From: an uncultured Ohtaekwangia sp. | GTDB lineage: Bacteria; Bacteroidota; Bacteroidia; Cytophagales; Cyclobacteriaceae | Assembly: GCA_964488465.1 (NCBI GenBank) | Contig: CAZAUN010000017.1 | Coordinates: forward strand, 5,663-69,662 | DNA: 64,000 nt | Reading direction: 5' to 3' | In this document: one piece after another, positions 18,726 through 29,470 of the stretch | Numbering within the stretch: position 1 is the stretch's first letter | Layout: the number at the start of each line of letters is the position of its first letter | Translations under genes and position numbers: made by a program | The notes under the pieces: generated by a model | Told to the model about the DNA's origin: nothing | The model's database searches: none | The model's input: the letters and a program-made list of their open reading frames with translations, nothing else

Positions 18726-21700
18726 TCACTTCCCTACCGGAGCCGGAACCTTTCCTTTATACACCGGTTTGCAGTCCCTGCCCACCACCGCATTGACAAA
18801 ATTGATGACTGAACCAAATAATGTTTTCGAGATGTTGAGTTTCCCATGCTGAAGATTATTCAGGCTGCCATATAACTTCTGATCCATCAGGCTGCATCCA
18901 TTTTTATCGACCACCGCGATAGTAAGATTTGGAATTGAATCATTCGCAAAATCGATCCGTCCATCAAAGGCAATCCGGTTCAAGGATGTTGCAATGGCAA
19001 CATCCTGTGTTATTAATTGGTCGTTTTCAAATTTCCACCCTGCATACAAGGTTTTGATGACGGTCTGTTGTGTCGAATCCAGATTTACCTGGGCCAGTGA
19101 TACAAAGTCCGATCCCTTGGTAACGGCTAATCCGACCGGCCCTGCTACTACCACCGCTCCCAGATCCGTTAAGTTAAAATTCTGACTCTTCTCATATTTC
19201 CTGAGCACCTCATCGATATTGACACCATACAAATGCAGGTCTTTACCATCCATTTCAATCGAACCCGCCAGGTTCTGCCGAATCGTTGGCCAAGTGGAAC
19301 CTCTCGCTTTCAAATCAAGGGAATAATCAATGTAGCCGTCCATCAGGTTGCGCGTGGAAACTTTCTCAATAAAGAAACGTAGGTTCGCCTGCTTCGTGTG
19401 AAATTGAAGATGATAGCTCAATTCTTCTTTGGATAAATCAATTCCCAACTGTCCTTGCTGAAGGTCGGCTTCGGGTGAACTTCTTAAGAAATTAAGGGCA
19501 AGTTGATCCGATTGCCCTTGCACGCTCATCGTAATATCAAAGGGTTTAAAGGCAGGTATCTTGAGCTTTTTCATTGAGATCACGCCCTGCAATTCTTTCA
19601 GTCCTGAAAGAGCACCCGAATTTTCCGGATGCAGGAAGTAGAAATGGTCCAAGGTCATGTCAATGTTCTCTGCGGAAATGGTTTCCGATTGCGGCATCGA
19701 GTAAGCTGCACGACTATTGCGCACGGTCAGACTGACAATATCAAAAGGATAGGTGATGACCGCTGCCGATAGATCCAGGTCTGCCTTTATTAAGTCCATC
19801 TCATTGTACGAAAGGGTTTTTGCCTGCGGTTCTGCTTCTTCTTTTATTTCAGCCACCAATTCCCGAACATAGGTCCATGGAAATTCCTGCAACTTCAACT
19901 TCGCATTAAATTTCCAGGGGCCCATTTTTGGAACCGTCAAATTCCCGCTCACCGCCACGTGCCCATGCGGCAGCACAGCCTTAAATCCAGACACGGTCCA
20001 AACCGAGCCTTCCGGAGATTGTCGCCATTCACCCACAGCATCTACCTGGTTCAGATCCGGCAATTGATCCAGTTTGGCCGAAAGATTTTTTATGGCGAAG
20101 CTGATAGCTGGCACTGCAATATTCATGGAGTCGCGAAACGTGGTAGTCTTCAATTCAAAGTCAAAGGCCAAATCACGCACCTGCTCCTGAACCTGGGCCG
20201 TGAGCAGGGTATCCAGAATAAAGTCCCGGGTATGCAGTTTTTGTGATCGTAGGGAACCGGTTGCCTCAATTTCATTTTCACGATCTAAAATAAAATAGAG
20301 CAGATTGTTAACCGTAGCATTTACCAGCAATTCACTTTCGCCATAAACGAAGGCGAGGTTTTGAATGGTGGCCTGGTTTTTACGGTTTTCAATTTTTGCC
20401 GATAATCCACTTACTACTTTGTTCGATTTAGTAACCGTAAAGGAAACTCCTTCCAACACCATCGAACTGGAACGGCTGCTATCCATCGGGTGTTCGGCAA
20501 AGTGCTTGATGGGCCCGTCAAAGCTGGCTTCCACGGAAAGAGAGCCTTTCAGATTCTTCACCGATTCTATCGGAAAGACCTGATCATAGTTATCCAGTTT
20601 TACCTTCGCCTGCACATCATACTGTAAATAAGGCGTCACAAAATTTTGTAGCCGGAACTGACCTTTCAAAAAACCTCCGGGCAGATTTCCTCGCAAATTA
20701 TGAATGCGAATACTGGCGCTGGAATAGTCTGAGGCGGTGCCCGACTGAATCTGACCTTCGAACCCAATCTGACTAATCGTTCCGGCTTGTTGCGGCAACT
20801 CGATCCTAAGGTCTTTTAATCCGAATGTAAAATCAAATTGAGGCAGCTGGGCCTTTACGTCTCCGAACACACGTCCCCTAAAATAAATATCTCCTTGCTC
20901 TAAAATATCAGGGTTGGCCCGCAACACCTCCGGCTTCAGCAAGGTTGAGAGCAATTCCAGATCGTTGGAGGAAGCATCGATGGCGAGTTCCACAGGAAAG
21001 TTCCCGGAATGCTGATAGGTGCCTTGCAGCGTGGCCAAAAAATCATTATAAGTGATATCTCCCGTAAAAATTGTCAGCAGTTTTGTTTTCAATTCATACT
21101 GGATTTCAGTAGCCAGGGTAATTTCTCCGGGTGGCAAGGAAGTGCCCTTCACAAACAGTCTTTGAATGAATTGCTTCGCCTGCACTTCTGCGTAAATACG
21201 CGAGCCCGCATGAACCAGACTTGCTTCGAGCTGTTGGAGCTGAATGCCAGCGGGGGGTCGTCCATGAAAGTTGACGGTTACCAACAGGTTGTTAATCTCC
21301 AGCGATTCCAATTCGATCTGCAATCCTTGACCGGATTGAGAAACCGGAGCGGGGTTAACCGGCTCACTTTTTTGTTGAGGCTCCCGAGGGATGGGTTTAG
21401 CAGCAGGATTGACTTTTGCAGCCGGTAGTTTGGTCGGTTGGGCCAAGGCCCGTTGAATGTTCAGCGACTCATCGGGGTATTGCACGATGGAAAACTGACC
21501 CTCGTTAAGACTCACTGCCTCAATGTTCAATTCATCGCGGAGCAGAGGCAACAGTTCCAGGGCTATAAAAAGTTGCTCCGCCCTTAAAATCGGTTGCTCT
21601 TCGGCAGCCCGAAGCGAATCCCAATGTTCATAATAGGTGATTCCACTGAGTTCAAGGGTGACCCGGGGAAAGTTGCGGAACAATTTCAAATCGAGTGCGG

Positions 21701-21884
21701 TGATGGTTAATTGACCGGATTGGGAATTCTCTACATACGCGTATATCTGGTTAAGAAGCCAATCATTTTTCTTCTTTACAACTACCCAGGTAACGATACC
21801 AAAAACAAGGAAAATGATCCCTGTTCCAATCAGGAAGACCTTCAGTAAACGCCTGATTACAGGAAATCGGCTGGTTGACCTCAT
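18726..21884 (-). CDS. AsmA-family protein (large membrane-anchored beta-rich envelope protein)
   Basis: The track ORF starts with TTG at 21917. The ATG at 21884 gives MRSTSRFPVIRRLLKVFLIGTGIIFLVF.. (N-terminal TM anchor). The ~1050-aa beta-rich body and the C-terminal 'IAFDGRIDF..' block fit AsmA-like proteins. Confidence 0.7.
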   Translation of the reverse strand: MRSTSRFPVIRRLLKVFLIGTGIIFLVFGIVTWVVVKKKNDWLLNQIYAYVENSQSGQLTITALDLKLFRNFPRVTLELSGITYYEHWDSLRAAEEQPILRAEQLFIALELLPLLRDELNIEAVSLNEGQFSIVQYPDESLNIQRALAQPTKLPAAKVNPAAKPIPREPQQKSEPVNPAPVSQSGQGLQIELESLEINNLLVTVNFHGRPPAGIQLQQLEASLVHAGSRIYAEVQAKQFIQRLFVKGTSLPPGEITLATEIQYELKTKLLTIFTGDITYNDFLATLQGTYQHSGNFPVELAIDASSNDLELLSTLLKPEVLRANPDILEQGDIYFRGRVFGDVKAQLPQFDFTFGLKDLRIELPQQAGTISQIGFEGQIQSGTASDYSSASIRIHNLRGNLPGGFLKGQFRLQNFVTPYLQYDVQAKVKLDNYDQVFPIESVKNLKGSLSVEASFDGPIKHFAEHPMDSSRSSSMVLEGVSFTVTKSNKVVSGLSAKIENRKNQATIQNLAFVYGESELLVNATVNNLLYFILDRENEIEATGSLRSQKLHTRDFILDTLLTAQVQEQVRDLAFDFELKTTTFRDSMNIAVPAISFAIKNLSAKLDQLPDLNQVDAVGEWRQSPEGSVWTVSGFKAVLPHGHVAVSGNLTVPKMGPWKFNAKLKLQEFPWTYVRELVAEIKEEAEPQAKTLSYNEMDLIKADLDLSAAVITYPFDIVSLTVRNSRAAYSMPQSETISAENIDMTLDHFYFLHPENSGALSGLKELQGVISMKKLKIPAFKPFDITMSVQGQSDQLALNFLRSSPEADLQQGQLGIDLSKEELSYHLQFHTKQANLRFFIEKVSTRNLMDGYIDYSLDLKARGSTWPTIRQNLAGSIEMDGKDLHLYGVNIDEVLRKYEKSQNFNLTDLGAVVVAGPVGLAVTKGSDFVSLAQVNLDSTQQTVIKTLYAGWKFENDQLITQDVAIATSLNRIAFDGRIDFANDSIPNLTIAVVDKNGCSLMDQKLYGSLNNLQHGKLNISKTLFGSVINFVNAVVGRDCKPVYKGKVPAPVGK

Positions 21885-22113
21885 TCTGTAAAGATCGGCA
21901 TGGAATACGCAATGCAAAACTTAGTAAACAATGACTTTTATCAGTACTTACAAATTCCTCTATTTTCAACTTTACACACGAAATATTTGCTAAAACATAC
22001 CAGCCTTGCTGGGAAAAGTGGGAACGAATGGCGAGATTAACTTTACGAACAGGTATGGCTATTCGCATCATTCTACAATCGAGGCAGAACTCTATTAGCA
22101 ATCATAGATACGT

Positions 22114-23940
22114 ATGAATTCAGATCCACGGCCTGCCCGAAAGCGATGGCCGATTGTCAGAATCATCCTGGCAAGTCTTTTACTGATTCTCCTGGTGGCC
22201 GGGTTTTACATTTACAGAAACCTTAACCGGCTTCTTTCCGAATCGCTGATCAATAGTTTTAACGCCAGTGTCATCTCCGATGTGTACGAATTAAAATTTG
22301 ACAAACTCAGGGTCAATGTGTTCCGGGGAAGCATTGAAGTCATTGATGCCTCTGTACTCCCGCGTGCAACACCCTTAAAAGTCTATCCTTACATCAACAG
22401 TTCCCTTCGTCTGAAAGCCGAACAGATCGAACTGGAGGGCGTTGCCATCCGCACCTTGTTGAAGGAGAACCGGCTGCTGCTAAATAAGATTCTGATTTCG
22501 AAACCAGAAATTGAGTTTCTGTTGAATGGAAAACGGCATGTGATGTTGCCGTTTAAAGATACCACTGCGGCGGCACACACTCAAAGTGGTACCAAACGTC
22601 CGATTGAATCGTTTGGGTTGGTAGAGTTTGAATTGACGGAGGCTTCCTTTCACAGCATCAATACGAATAAACAACGCGAGTTTCAAGTGGAAGGATTAAC
22701 TATTTCCGTGCGCGATCTGCTCGTGGGCGAACACTTCGGTGAATACCAGACAGTGTTAAGCTCAGTAAGTCTTTCCATTGGGGATTTTGATGGTACCTTG
22801 AAGCAGGGACCGGTTCAACGACTGCGCTTTAAGGATTTTAATATCGGCATTGATTCACTTGACCTTCGCCTTACCCTTGACACGTTAACCTATCAGTTTC
22901 ATGATTTCCATACGGAACTAAACTCACTCGATATTCAAACTGCGGATAGCCTCTTCCATATTTCCATGGATACCTTTGATCTTTCTTACCTGGATCAATC
23001 CGTTAAACTCAATGGCATTAGCTTTACCCCCAACGTCAGCCATGCTGTCATTCAAAAGGGTTTTCCATATCAACACACCGAATTTTCGGGAACAATCGCT
23101 ACCCTCCAGATAAGTGCATTGAATTTTGATTCACTCCTTTATGCCAAAAAACTGTTTGTAGATGAGATCCTTGTTGATCAGCTTAAAGCAACGGTCTTCA
23201 AAGATAAAACCAAACCGATCGATTCGGCCCGAAGACCCGCGTACCTGGGGCAAACCATCCGTTCCATTTCCTTACCCGTGCAGATCAACCAGATAAAAGC
23301 TACGAACATCACCTTAGAAAATACCGAGCGAAAACCGGATAGCAGCTATGCAAAAGTCAGCATCAACCGGGCTAGGGCTACTGTAAAAAATATTACAAAC
23401 CAGGCGCCTGGAAGTTCCCTCGTACTGAGTGCTGAGGCTCTTCTGGATAATAAAGTCCCTTTTAATGCAATCCTGAACTTTTCGTACAGCAAACCCCGGT
23501 TTCTTTATGAAGTTCATTTCGACAAATTCAATCTGTCCGATCTCAACCCGTTAATCCAGGCTTACACCCCTGCGAAAATCAACGAAGGTGTAGCCGATGA
23601 AATTTCATTTGTAGGTGTGGCCGAACAAACCTCCGCCACCGGCACAATGAAATTCCTATACCACAACCTGGTCATTGATTTGGAACTCCATAATCAGGCG
23701 AAGTGGAAAAGCGCCATCATTGCTTTTACGGCTAATACCGTGCTGAACTCCAGTAATCCTACCGCTGCTGATTTACCACCCCGTGAAGTACAATTCCAAA
23801 TCGAACGTGACATGACAAAAGGGTTTGTGAACGTGTTGCTTAAGTCTGCGTTGAATGGGTTGAAAGAAACGATGATTATGTCGAAGGAGAATCGAAAGAC
23901 ATACCAGGAAGCGAAGAAGAAATCGAAAGTGGGAAGATGA
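22114..23940 (+). CDS. AsmA-like/DUF748-type membrane-anchored protein
   Basis: 608 aa with an N-terminal TM anchor (WPIVRIILASLLLILLVAGFYIY) followed by beta-rich repeats. Divergent from the AsmA gene. Family call tentative. Confidence 0.45.
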   Translation: MNSDPRPARKRWPIVRIILASLLLILLVAGFYIYRNLNRLLSESLINSFNASVISDVYELKFDKLRVNVFRGSIEVIDASVLPRATPLKVYPYINSSLRLKAEQIELEGVAIRTLLKENRLLLNKILISKPEIEFLLNGKRHVMLPFKDTTAAAHTQSGTKRPIESFGLVEFELTEASFHSINTNKQREFQVEGLTISVRDLLVGEHFGEYQTVLSSVSLSIGDFDGTLKQGPVQRLRFKDFNIGIDSLDLRLTLDTLTYQFHDFHTELNSLDIQTADSLFHISMDTFDLSYLDQSVKLNGISFTPNVSHAVIQKGFPYQHTEFSGTIATLQISALNFDSLLYAKKLFVDEILVDQLKATVFKDKTKPIDSARRPAYLGQTIRSISLPVQINQIKATNITLENTERKPDSSYAKVSINRARATVKNITNQAPGSSLVLSAEALLDNKVPFNAILNFSYSKPRFLYEVHFDKFNLSDLNPLIQAYTPAKINEGVADEISFVGVAEQTSATGTMKFLYHNLVIDLELHNQAKWKSAIIAFTANTVLNSSNPTAADLPPREVQFQIERDMTKGFVNVLLKSALNGLKETMIMSKENRKTYQEAKKKSKVGR

Positions 23941-23991
23941 TACCACCGAACGTGAACCAGCAATTCTGATGAATAGTAAATAAGTCCACCT

Positions 23992-26340
23992 ATGACAAAG
24001 TCTTTGCTATCCCCTACCGCACAACGTTTTGTCTTTACAGGTCTTGGAATTTTACTCGGAGTGCTTTCCCTGCTGACTCCGTATTGGGAAGCAGCAGAGC
24101 CAGCTTCCTATGTGGGTGGCTTGTTGGTTTGGGCAGCGGTGCTGGAGATTTTTCATGGATTCAGAAGGGCCGAAACACAGGCACGTTACTCAGCCTGGAT
24201 CAGTGGTGCCATCACCCTGGTGATTGGCGTTTTGATGATCAACGCCATCCTGTTTCAGTTGCATGCCCTGGTCAACATCATTCTCACCTTGTTCCTGATC
24301 GATGCTGTTCGGTATTTGTATACTTTCCTTAGGAACAGAACCAAAAGTACTCTTAACTGGAGTGCACTTCTGGCAGGTATCGGCAATGGCATCATTGTTC
24401 TGCTCATTATACTGTTCCGTGAGAAGGGATATGTTTGGGTAATGTCGCTCATTGCTGCGCTGCGCATCTTTGGTACCATCTATAATCTCTTCACCGCACG
24501 CATGGGTACCTCAGAAAAAGTATCCGAAGATATTATTGAAAGTTTAGGCCTAAAAGGAAATACCGAATTGGAGGCGTTGGCCAAAAGACTGGGCGATGAA
24601 GATGCTCAACGCGCTCCTATCGACCGCGGGTGGATCATCACCTTCATCCTGATTCTGTTTTTTATTCACCTGGGCCGCATGGGCTTTGATCAATCCGCTT
24701 CCGGTATTCTTTCACCTGTTGTGGCCGTAATCGGTGATTTGGTCATCGCCTTAATTGTAGCGTTTGGGTTCATCGCTCCGCTGAGGACCCTCTTCAGAAA
24801 ATTCACAGGACTGTTTGTGCGCAGGTTATGGAAGTGGGTACAACGTGTACCATTAGCCGACCGGAAATTTTTTAGTCTACGAACGCTGGCGATCGCCTGG
24901 TTAAAACGCGAAATGCGCTTGTCCATCAGCATCCGCAAATCAGGGTACTCTTTAATAAATGCATTTCGAAATGGACTTAAGATAGGACTTCCGTTTTCCG
25001 CTTTGTTGGCGGCCATCATTCCTGTGCTGGGAATGAGCTGGTACTTCGACACTGAAAACTGGGCGTCCGGAGTTTGGGATGGGTATGCTTCTTCCCGGGC
25101 TGAGGTATGGCGCGAGGCAATGGTGAATGCCACCGGTGAAACCGTTAATGCGGATGCCTTCCGGATGCATCCCATGGGAGTAAATGATACAACTGATTTT
25201 TCCTTTGTGGTGATCGGAGATCCCGGAGAAGGCGATCCATCACAGCACGTTCTGAAAGATCAGATTCTGAAAATATCCGAACAAGCGGACGTGAAGTTTG
25301 TAGTCATCTCTTCGGACATCGTGTATCCCTCCGGTGCCATTAAAGACTATGAACGAAAGTTCTTCTTGCCTTTTAAAGGAGTAACCAAACCCATCTATGC
25401 TATCCCCGGCAACCACGACTGGTATGACGGACTGGATGGTTTTACGTCCACCTTCTTCACACCGCAAGCCGCCCAACAGGCCATTGAAGCCCGGGTGCGA
25501 AGCGATTTAAAACTAACCGGAGCCACACCCAGGAATATCAAACGCATGATTCAGCAAGTGAACTTTCTGCGCAACGCATATCAGGTTCCTGTAGGCTACC
25601 AAACCGCACCCTTCTTTCAGGTGGTGAACGACTATTTTGTTTTGCTAACGATTGACACAGGGGTGTTGAGACGTGTGGATGCCACCCAACTGGCCTGGAT
25701 AAAAGCCGTGCTCGAAGCTTCGAAAGGAAAATATGTGATGGCCGTGCTGGGGCATCCCTTCTATGCGATTGGGGAATATCAGGGTAACATGAATCCGGAT
25801 TTCAAAGCCTTGCATGATTTGTTACGCAGCTATCAGGTTCCGCTCATCATGGCCGGAGATACCCATGACCTGGAGTATTATAAAGAGTTACCCCAAAACA
25901 ACGATGGTCATATCATGCATCACTTTGTCAATGGGGGCGGGGGTGCGTACCTCAGCATCGGTGCGGCCATGGCGTCCAGGGATAGTCGACCTACCCATGA
26001 CTGGGCCATCTATCCTTCCCGCGAACCGTTGATTCAAAAAATCGACTCACTCACTCCCGCCTGGAAATATCCGGCCTGGGTATGGTGTAAAAAATACAAT
26101 GGTTATCCGTTTTCCGCAGAATGGTTATCGGCTGCCTTCGATTACAATCAGGCTCCCTACTTTCAAAGCTTTATGGAGATTAAAGTAGAACGGTCGCGGA
26201 ACAGAATCCGGCTAATTCCCTATGGTATTCATGGACAACTGCGGTGGCGAGACCTGGAGTACGGGGGTACAGGGAAACATGAAAAAGAAAGTGACCAGAA
26301 TTTCGTTGAGTGGGTATTTCCACTTCATCCGAAGGGTTAA
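23992..26340 (+). CDS. Polytopic membrane protein with C-terminal metallophosphoesterase domain
   Basis: 782 aa. The N-terminal ~370 aa contain multiple TM helices (HdeD/DUF308-like start). The C-terminal part has 'FVVIGDPGEGD', 'GNHDWYDG', 'LGHPFY' and 'AGDTHDLEYY' calcineurin-like phosphoesterase motifs. Confidence 0.8.
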   Translation: MTKSLLSPTAQRFVFTGLGILLGVLSLLTPYWEAAEPASYVGGLLVWAAVLEIFHGFRRAETQARYSAWISGAITLVIGVLMINAILFQLHALVNIILTLFLIDAVRYLYTFLRNRTKSTLNWSALLAGIGNGIIVLLIILFREKGYVWVMSLIAALRIFGTIYNLFTARMGTSEKVSEDIIESLGLKGNTELEALAKRLGDEDAQRAPIDRGWIITFILILFFIHLGRMGFDQSASGILSPVVAVIGDLVIALIVAFGFIAPLRTLFRKFTGLFVRRLWKWVQRVPLADRKFFSLRTLAIAWLKREMRLSISIRKSGYSLINAFRNGLKIGLPFSALLAAIIPVLGMSWYFDTENWASGVWDGYASSRAEVWREAMVNATGETVNADAFRMHPMGVNDTTDFSFVVIGDPGEGDPSQHVLKDQILKISEQADVKFVVISSDIVYPSGAIKDYERKFFLPFKGVTKPIYAIPGNHDWYDGLDGFTSTFFTPQAAQQAIEARVRSDLKLTGATPRNIKRMIQQVNFLRNAYQVPVGYQTAPFFQVVNDYFVLLTIDTGVLRRVDATQLAWIKAVLEASKGKYVMAVLGHPFYAIGEYQGNMNPDFKALHDLLRSYQVPLIMAGDTHDLEYYKELPQNNDGHIMHHFVNGGGGAYLSIGAAMASRDSRPTHDWAIYPSREPLIQKIDSLTPAWKYPAWVWCKKYNGYPFSAEWLSAAFDYNQAPYFQSFMEIKVERSRNRIRLIPYGIHGQLRWRDLEYGGTGKHEKESDQNFVEWVFPLHPKG

Positions 26341-26477
26341 CGTCCGTGATTGGAAACGTCCGTACTCCTGCCGCTCTCGTTGGTGAAGAAAGAGCAGATG
26401 ACAATATTGCTTTGCTTTTTCCTGTCAGAATGTAAAATTGCAGCCGTTGAAAATGTAGTTCGTTAACCCATAAGCGT

Positions 26478-27557
26478 ATGAACAAAACAAAAGTGGCCAT
26501 CCTGGGCTGTGGCTTTATCTCTGATATCCACCTTGAGAGTTATGAACGATTTGTCCCCGAAGCCGAAGTGGTGGCCGTATACAGCCGGGACTTGAACAAG
26601 GCAAAAGCGTTTGCCGAAAAGCATCATATTAAGGCCTGGTATGATTCGATGGATAAAATCATAGCGGAATCGGGCTGTGAAGTAGTGGATATCTGTTTGC
26701 CCAATTTCTTGCATGCTCAGGCAGCTTTAAAAGCAGCCCGTGCAAAGAAACACATCATCATTGAAAAGCCGCTCGCCATCACCCTCGAAGAGGCAGACGA
26801 AATGATCAAAGTATGTGCGCAGGAAGGAGTGAAACTGATGTATGCTGAAGAGTTGTGTTTTGCTCCAAAATATGAACGGGTGCGTAGCCTCACCAAAGAA
26901 GGGGCCATCGGAAACATTTATATGCTTAAACAGGCCGAGAAACATTCGGGCCCACACTCCGATTGGTTTTATGATGTGAACCTTGCCGGAGGAGGCGTGT
27001 TGATGGACATGGGATGCCATGCGTTTGGTTGGTTTTTCTGGATGCTGAACAACATGAAAGTAAAAAGTGTGCTGGCTACCATGTCCACTGTTTTGCACAA
27101 AGGTCGTACAAAAGGAGAAGACAACTCCGTGGTGATTGTTGAGTTTGAAAACGGTACGATTGGCATTGCCGAAAATAGTTGGGCCCGGCACGGTGGCATG
27201 GACGATCACTGTGAAGTATATGGTACCGAAGGATTGATGTATGCCGACTTGTTCCGGGGCAATGCTGCTCTTGCTTACAGTAAAAAAGGATTCGGGTATG
27301 CCATGGAGAAAGCCGACACCACCGCTGGCTGGAGTTTCCCGATCTTTGAAGAGGCCTTTAATCAAGGATACCCGCACGAACTGAAACACTTTATCGATTG
27401 TGTGCGCAACAACAAGCAGCCCGTGGTAACGGGCGAGTTAGGCCGATCTGTATTGGAGGTGATTTACGCTGCGTATGCTTCTGCCCGGCAAGGAAAGAAA
27501 ATAGAATTGCCGTTTACACCGGTTGTTAAAAAGCCGGTGGATCTGTGGTTAGGTTAA
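26478..27557 (+). CDS. Gfo/Idh/MocA-family NAD(P)-dependent oxidoreductase
   Basis: 359 aa with Rossmann start 'KVAILGCGFISDIH' and the canonical 'IIIEKPLA' motif. Confidence 0.9.
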   Translation: MNKTKVAILGCGFISDIHLESYERFVPEAEVVAVYSRDLNKAKAFAEKHHIKAWYDSMDKIIAESGCEVVDICLPNFLHAQAALKAARAKKHIIIEKPLAITLEEADEMIKVCAQEGVKLMYAEELCFAPKYERVRSLTKEGAIGNIYMLKQAEKHSGPHSDWFYDVNLAGGGVLMDMGCHAFGWFFWMLNNMKVKSVLATMSTVLHKGRTKGEDNSVVIVEFENGTIGIAENSWARHGGMDDHCEVYGTEGLMYADLFRGNAALAYSKKGFGYAMEKADTTAGWSFPIFEEAFNQGYPHELKHFIDCVRNNKQPVVTGELGRSVLEVIYAAYASARQGKKIELPFTPVVKKPVDLWLG

Positions 27558-27608
27558 TCGTTCGATGGTAACTAGCGATGTGTTCATGTTAGCTCTTCCG
27601 AAACGAAG

Positions 27609-28256
27609 TTAAAGCACATACACCAACACCGCCACCACATGACTCGCTGTACCGGCCATGACAAACAAATGCCAGATGAAATGATGGTACCGAACACGGT
27701 GATCATAGGCAAAAAACAGGATGCCTGCCGAGTACATCACCCCTCCGGTCAATAACCAAAACAGCCCCCAGCCCGGCAACGCATCATATAGTGGTTTTGT
27801 CGCAACCACCGCCAACCAACCCATGCCTACATACAGTGCCGTGGAGAATTTTCCGGCTTTCACCGATGCTACTGACTTCAATACAACACCACCGGCAGCA
27901 AGGGCCCACACAATTCCAAAAAGCGACCAGCCCCATGCAGCCGGTAATGCAATCAAGGTAAAAGGAGTATAGGTTCCTGCTATTAACAGAAAGATAGCAC
28001 TGTGATCAAAAATCCGGAAGACACGTTTAGCCCGATTTTGCGGAAAGGCATGATACAGGGTGGATGCCACATACAATACAATCATAGTCGCACCAAAGAC
28101 GCTTACACCCACGATGGCTGCTGTCCCCAGCGGTACTGCTTTTATGATAAGCAGGGGTGTTACTGCTATTGCAGCCAGGGCCCCGACTGCATGGCTTACA
28201 CTGTTGGCGATTTCTTCACCCAGTGATTGGAAACGTTCAGTTATTATTTTTTCCAT
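27609..28256 (-). CDS. trhA: Hemolysin III / PAQR-family membrane protein
   Basis: The track start at 28259 is TTG and the adjacent ATG at 28256 is preferred. Seven TM helices. Motifs 'NSVSHAVGA', 'FDHSAIFLLIAGTYTPF' and 'HFIWHLFVMAGTASH'. Confidence 0.9.
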   Translation of the reverse strand: MEKIITERFQSLGEEIANSVSHAVGALAAIAVTPLLIIKAVPLGTAAIVGVSVFGATMIVLYVASTLYHAFPQNRAKRVFRIFDHSAIFLLIAGTYTPFTLIALPAAWGWSLFGIVWALAAGGVVLKSVASVKAGKFSTALYVGMGWLAVVATKPLYDALPGWGLFWLLTGGVMYSAGILFFAYDHRVRYHHFIWHLFVMAGTASHVVAVLVYVL

Positions 28257-28274
28257 CAATGATGATGTTATACT

Positions 28275-29237
28275 TCATTCTGCTGTGGAGCCTCTGGCTT
28301 CCTCTTTACCAAACCAGGAGCGAGACCAGCCTATGGACAGTGATGTAAAATCCTGACCGATGCGAACCACTGCACCGGTACTGGCCGCCAGCTTTAAGGA
28401 GTTGCGCTTTCCAACCGGTACGACTCCCGTTACACCAACCCGGACATTCGACTGCCGGTCATCATTGTACAGGTCGTTGACAGACGATGTTCCGCCTACA
28501 TAGTACGTTGCATTAAATGCCACCCAATGCCGGGGCGTGATGTTATAACTTAAATGCCCTTGAAATGAGCCCATGGGCTTTTGCGTTCGAAGGGAAGTCC
28601 CGGGATAAAACGAATCATTCGCTGTGAATAACCAAATGCCGGAATACACATCCATGAGCCATCGCTTACTCAAGGGATGTGAAATCGCTAACTCCGGCCG
28701 GAACGACCAACGATTAGTCCCCAGGTTGATCAGCTTGTCCGGAAAAAACTCACCCGTGGGTGCCACCACACTCAAACTGACACCCACAATAGTTTCTCTC
28801 GGGGCTTTTAAATAATCCTGCAACCCCACCGAAGGTGCCCCGTGCACGAGAACGGAAAGTCGCAGCCGGGTATCGGCAAATCCTGATCGGGTAATGCTTT
28901 CTGGTTGCCCTACTACCTTGCCCGAAACCTGAGCCCACGAATACGGCAGGGCTACCAACACTTGTGAAGTAAGCCCCAACAAATTAAAGGTATGCGCATA
29001 CCCCAGGGAGACGGATTGAACATCTGCGTCCAAATCCTGGATAGGCAACGTTGGATCTGTAACAACGCCTCCGTATGAATAAGAAAATCCAGTAATCAAA
29101 GTATTGGTCCTCTCCGGTAACCGGACATAAGCGCGGGGATCCAGATCCTGCGCAAAAGCACCTGATAAAAGGAGTTCAAATCCTGCGGCAATGAGTATCC
29201 GGTATTTCAAATGAAAAATCAGGTGCGTCACAAACAA
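28275..29237 (-). CDS. Outer-membrane transporter barrel (MetA-pathway/phenol-degradation-like family, tentative)
   Basis: 320 aa. Start codon uncertain (TTG at 29237, GTG at 29231). Signal peptide ..SGAFA-QD. Beta-barrel pattern with 'DPRAY', 'YSYGG' and 'ALPYSW'. Confidence 0.5.
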   Translation of the reverse strand: MFVTHLIFHLKYRILIAAGFELLLSGAFAQDLDPRAYVRLPERTNTLITGFSYSYGGVVTDPTLPIQDLDADVQSVSLGYAHTFNLLGLTSQVLVALPYSWAQVSGKVVGQPESITRSGFADTRLRLSVLVHGAPSVGLQDYLKAPRETIVGVSLSVVAPTGEFFPDKLINLGTNRWSFRPELAISHPLSKRWLMDVYSGIWLFTANDSFYPGTSLRTQKPMGSFQGHLSYNITPRHWVAFNATYYVGGTSSVNDLYNDDRQSNVRVGVTGVVPVGKRNSLKLAASTGAVVRIGQDFTSLSIGWSRSWFGKEEARGSTAE

Positions 29238-29470
29238 GGATTCTAATTCTAAAAGTGGCCTTCCCCTGTGATAATGAAAATGACTTTGCTTATGCGATCT
29301 CTACAAGTTATTGAATTAACCCCAGATCTCAATCGGTTGCATCTACACTTGTTGGGGGGAATTAAATTTTAAAAACATACTATGACGATTGTCATTCCGA
29401 AAGGACAACAAACGCGTCATCTTGGTGAACGAGTAATCCTGTTGATCCCTATCTTTAGACCTAATTCCTC

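Noticed and set aside
26339-26363. 9-nt direct repeat AACGTCCGT x2 (16-nt period) at the stop of the metallophosphoesterase gene.
   Set aside because: It is too short to be significant, and it overlaps the stop codon with no supporting context.
26727-27389. 220-aa ORF antisense to the Gfo/Idh/MocA gene.
   Set aside because: It lies fully inside a confidently assigned gene on the other strand, and its composition is typical of shadow ORFs (Gly/His/Phe/Val-rich, no motifs). The same applies to 26969..27199.
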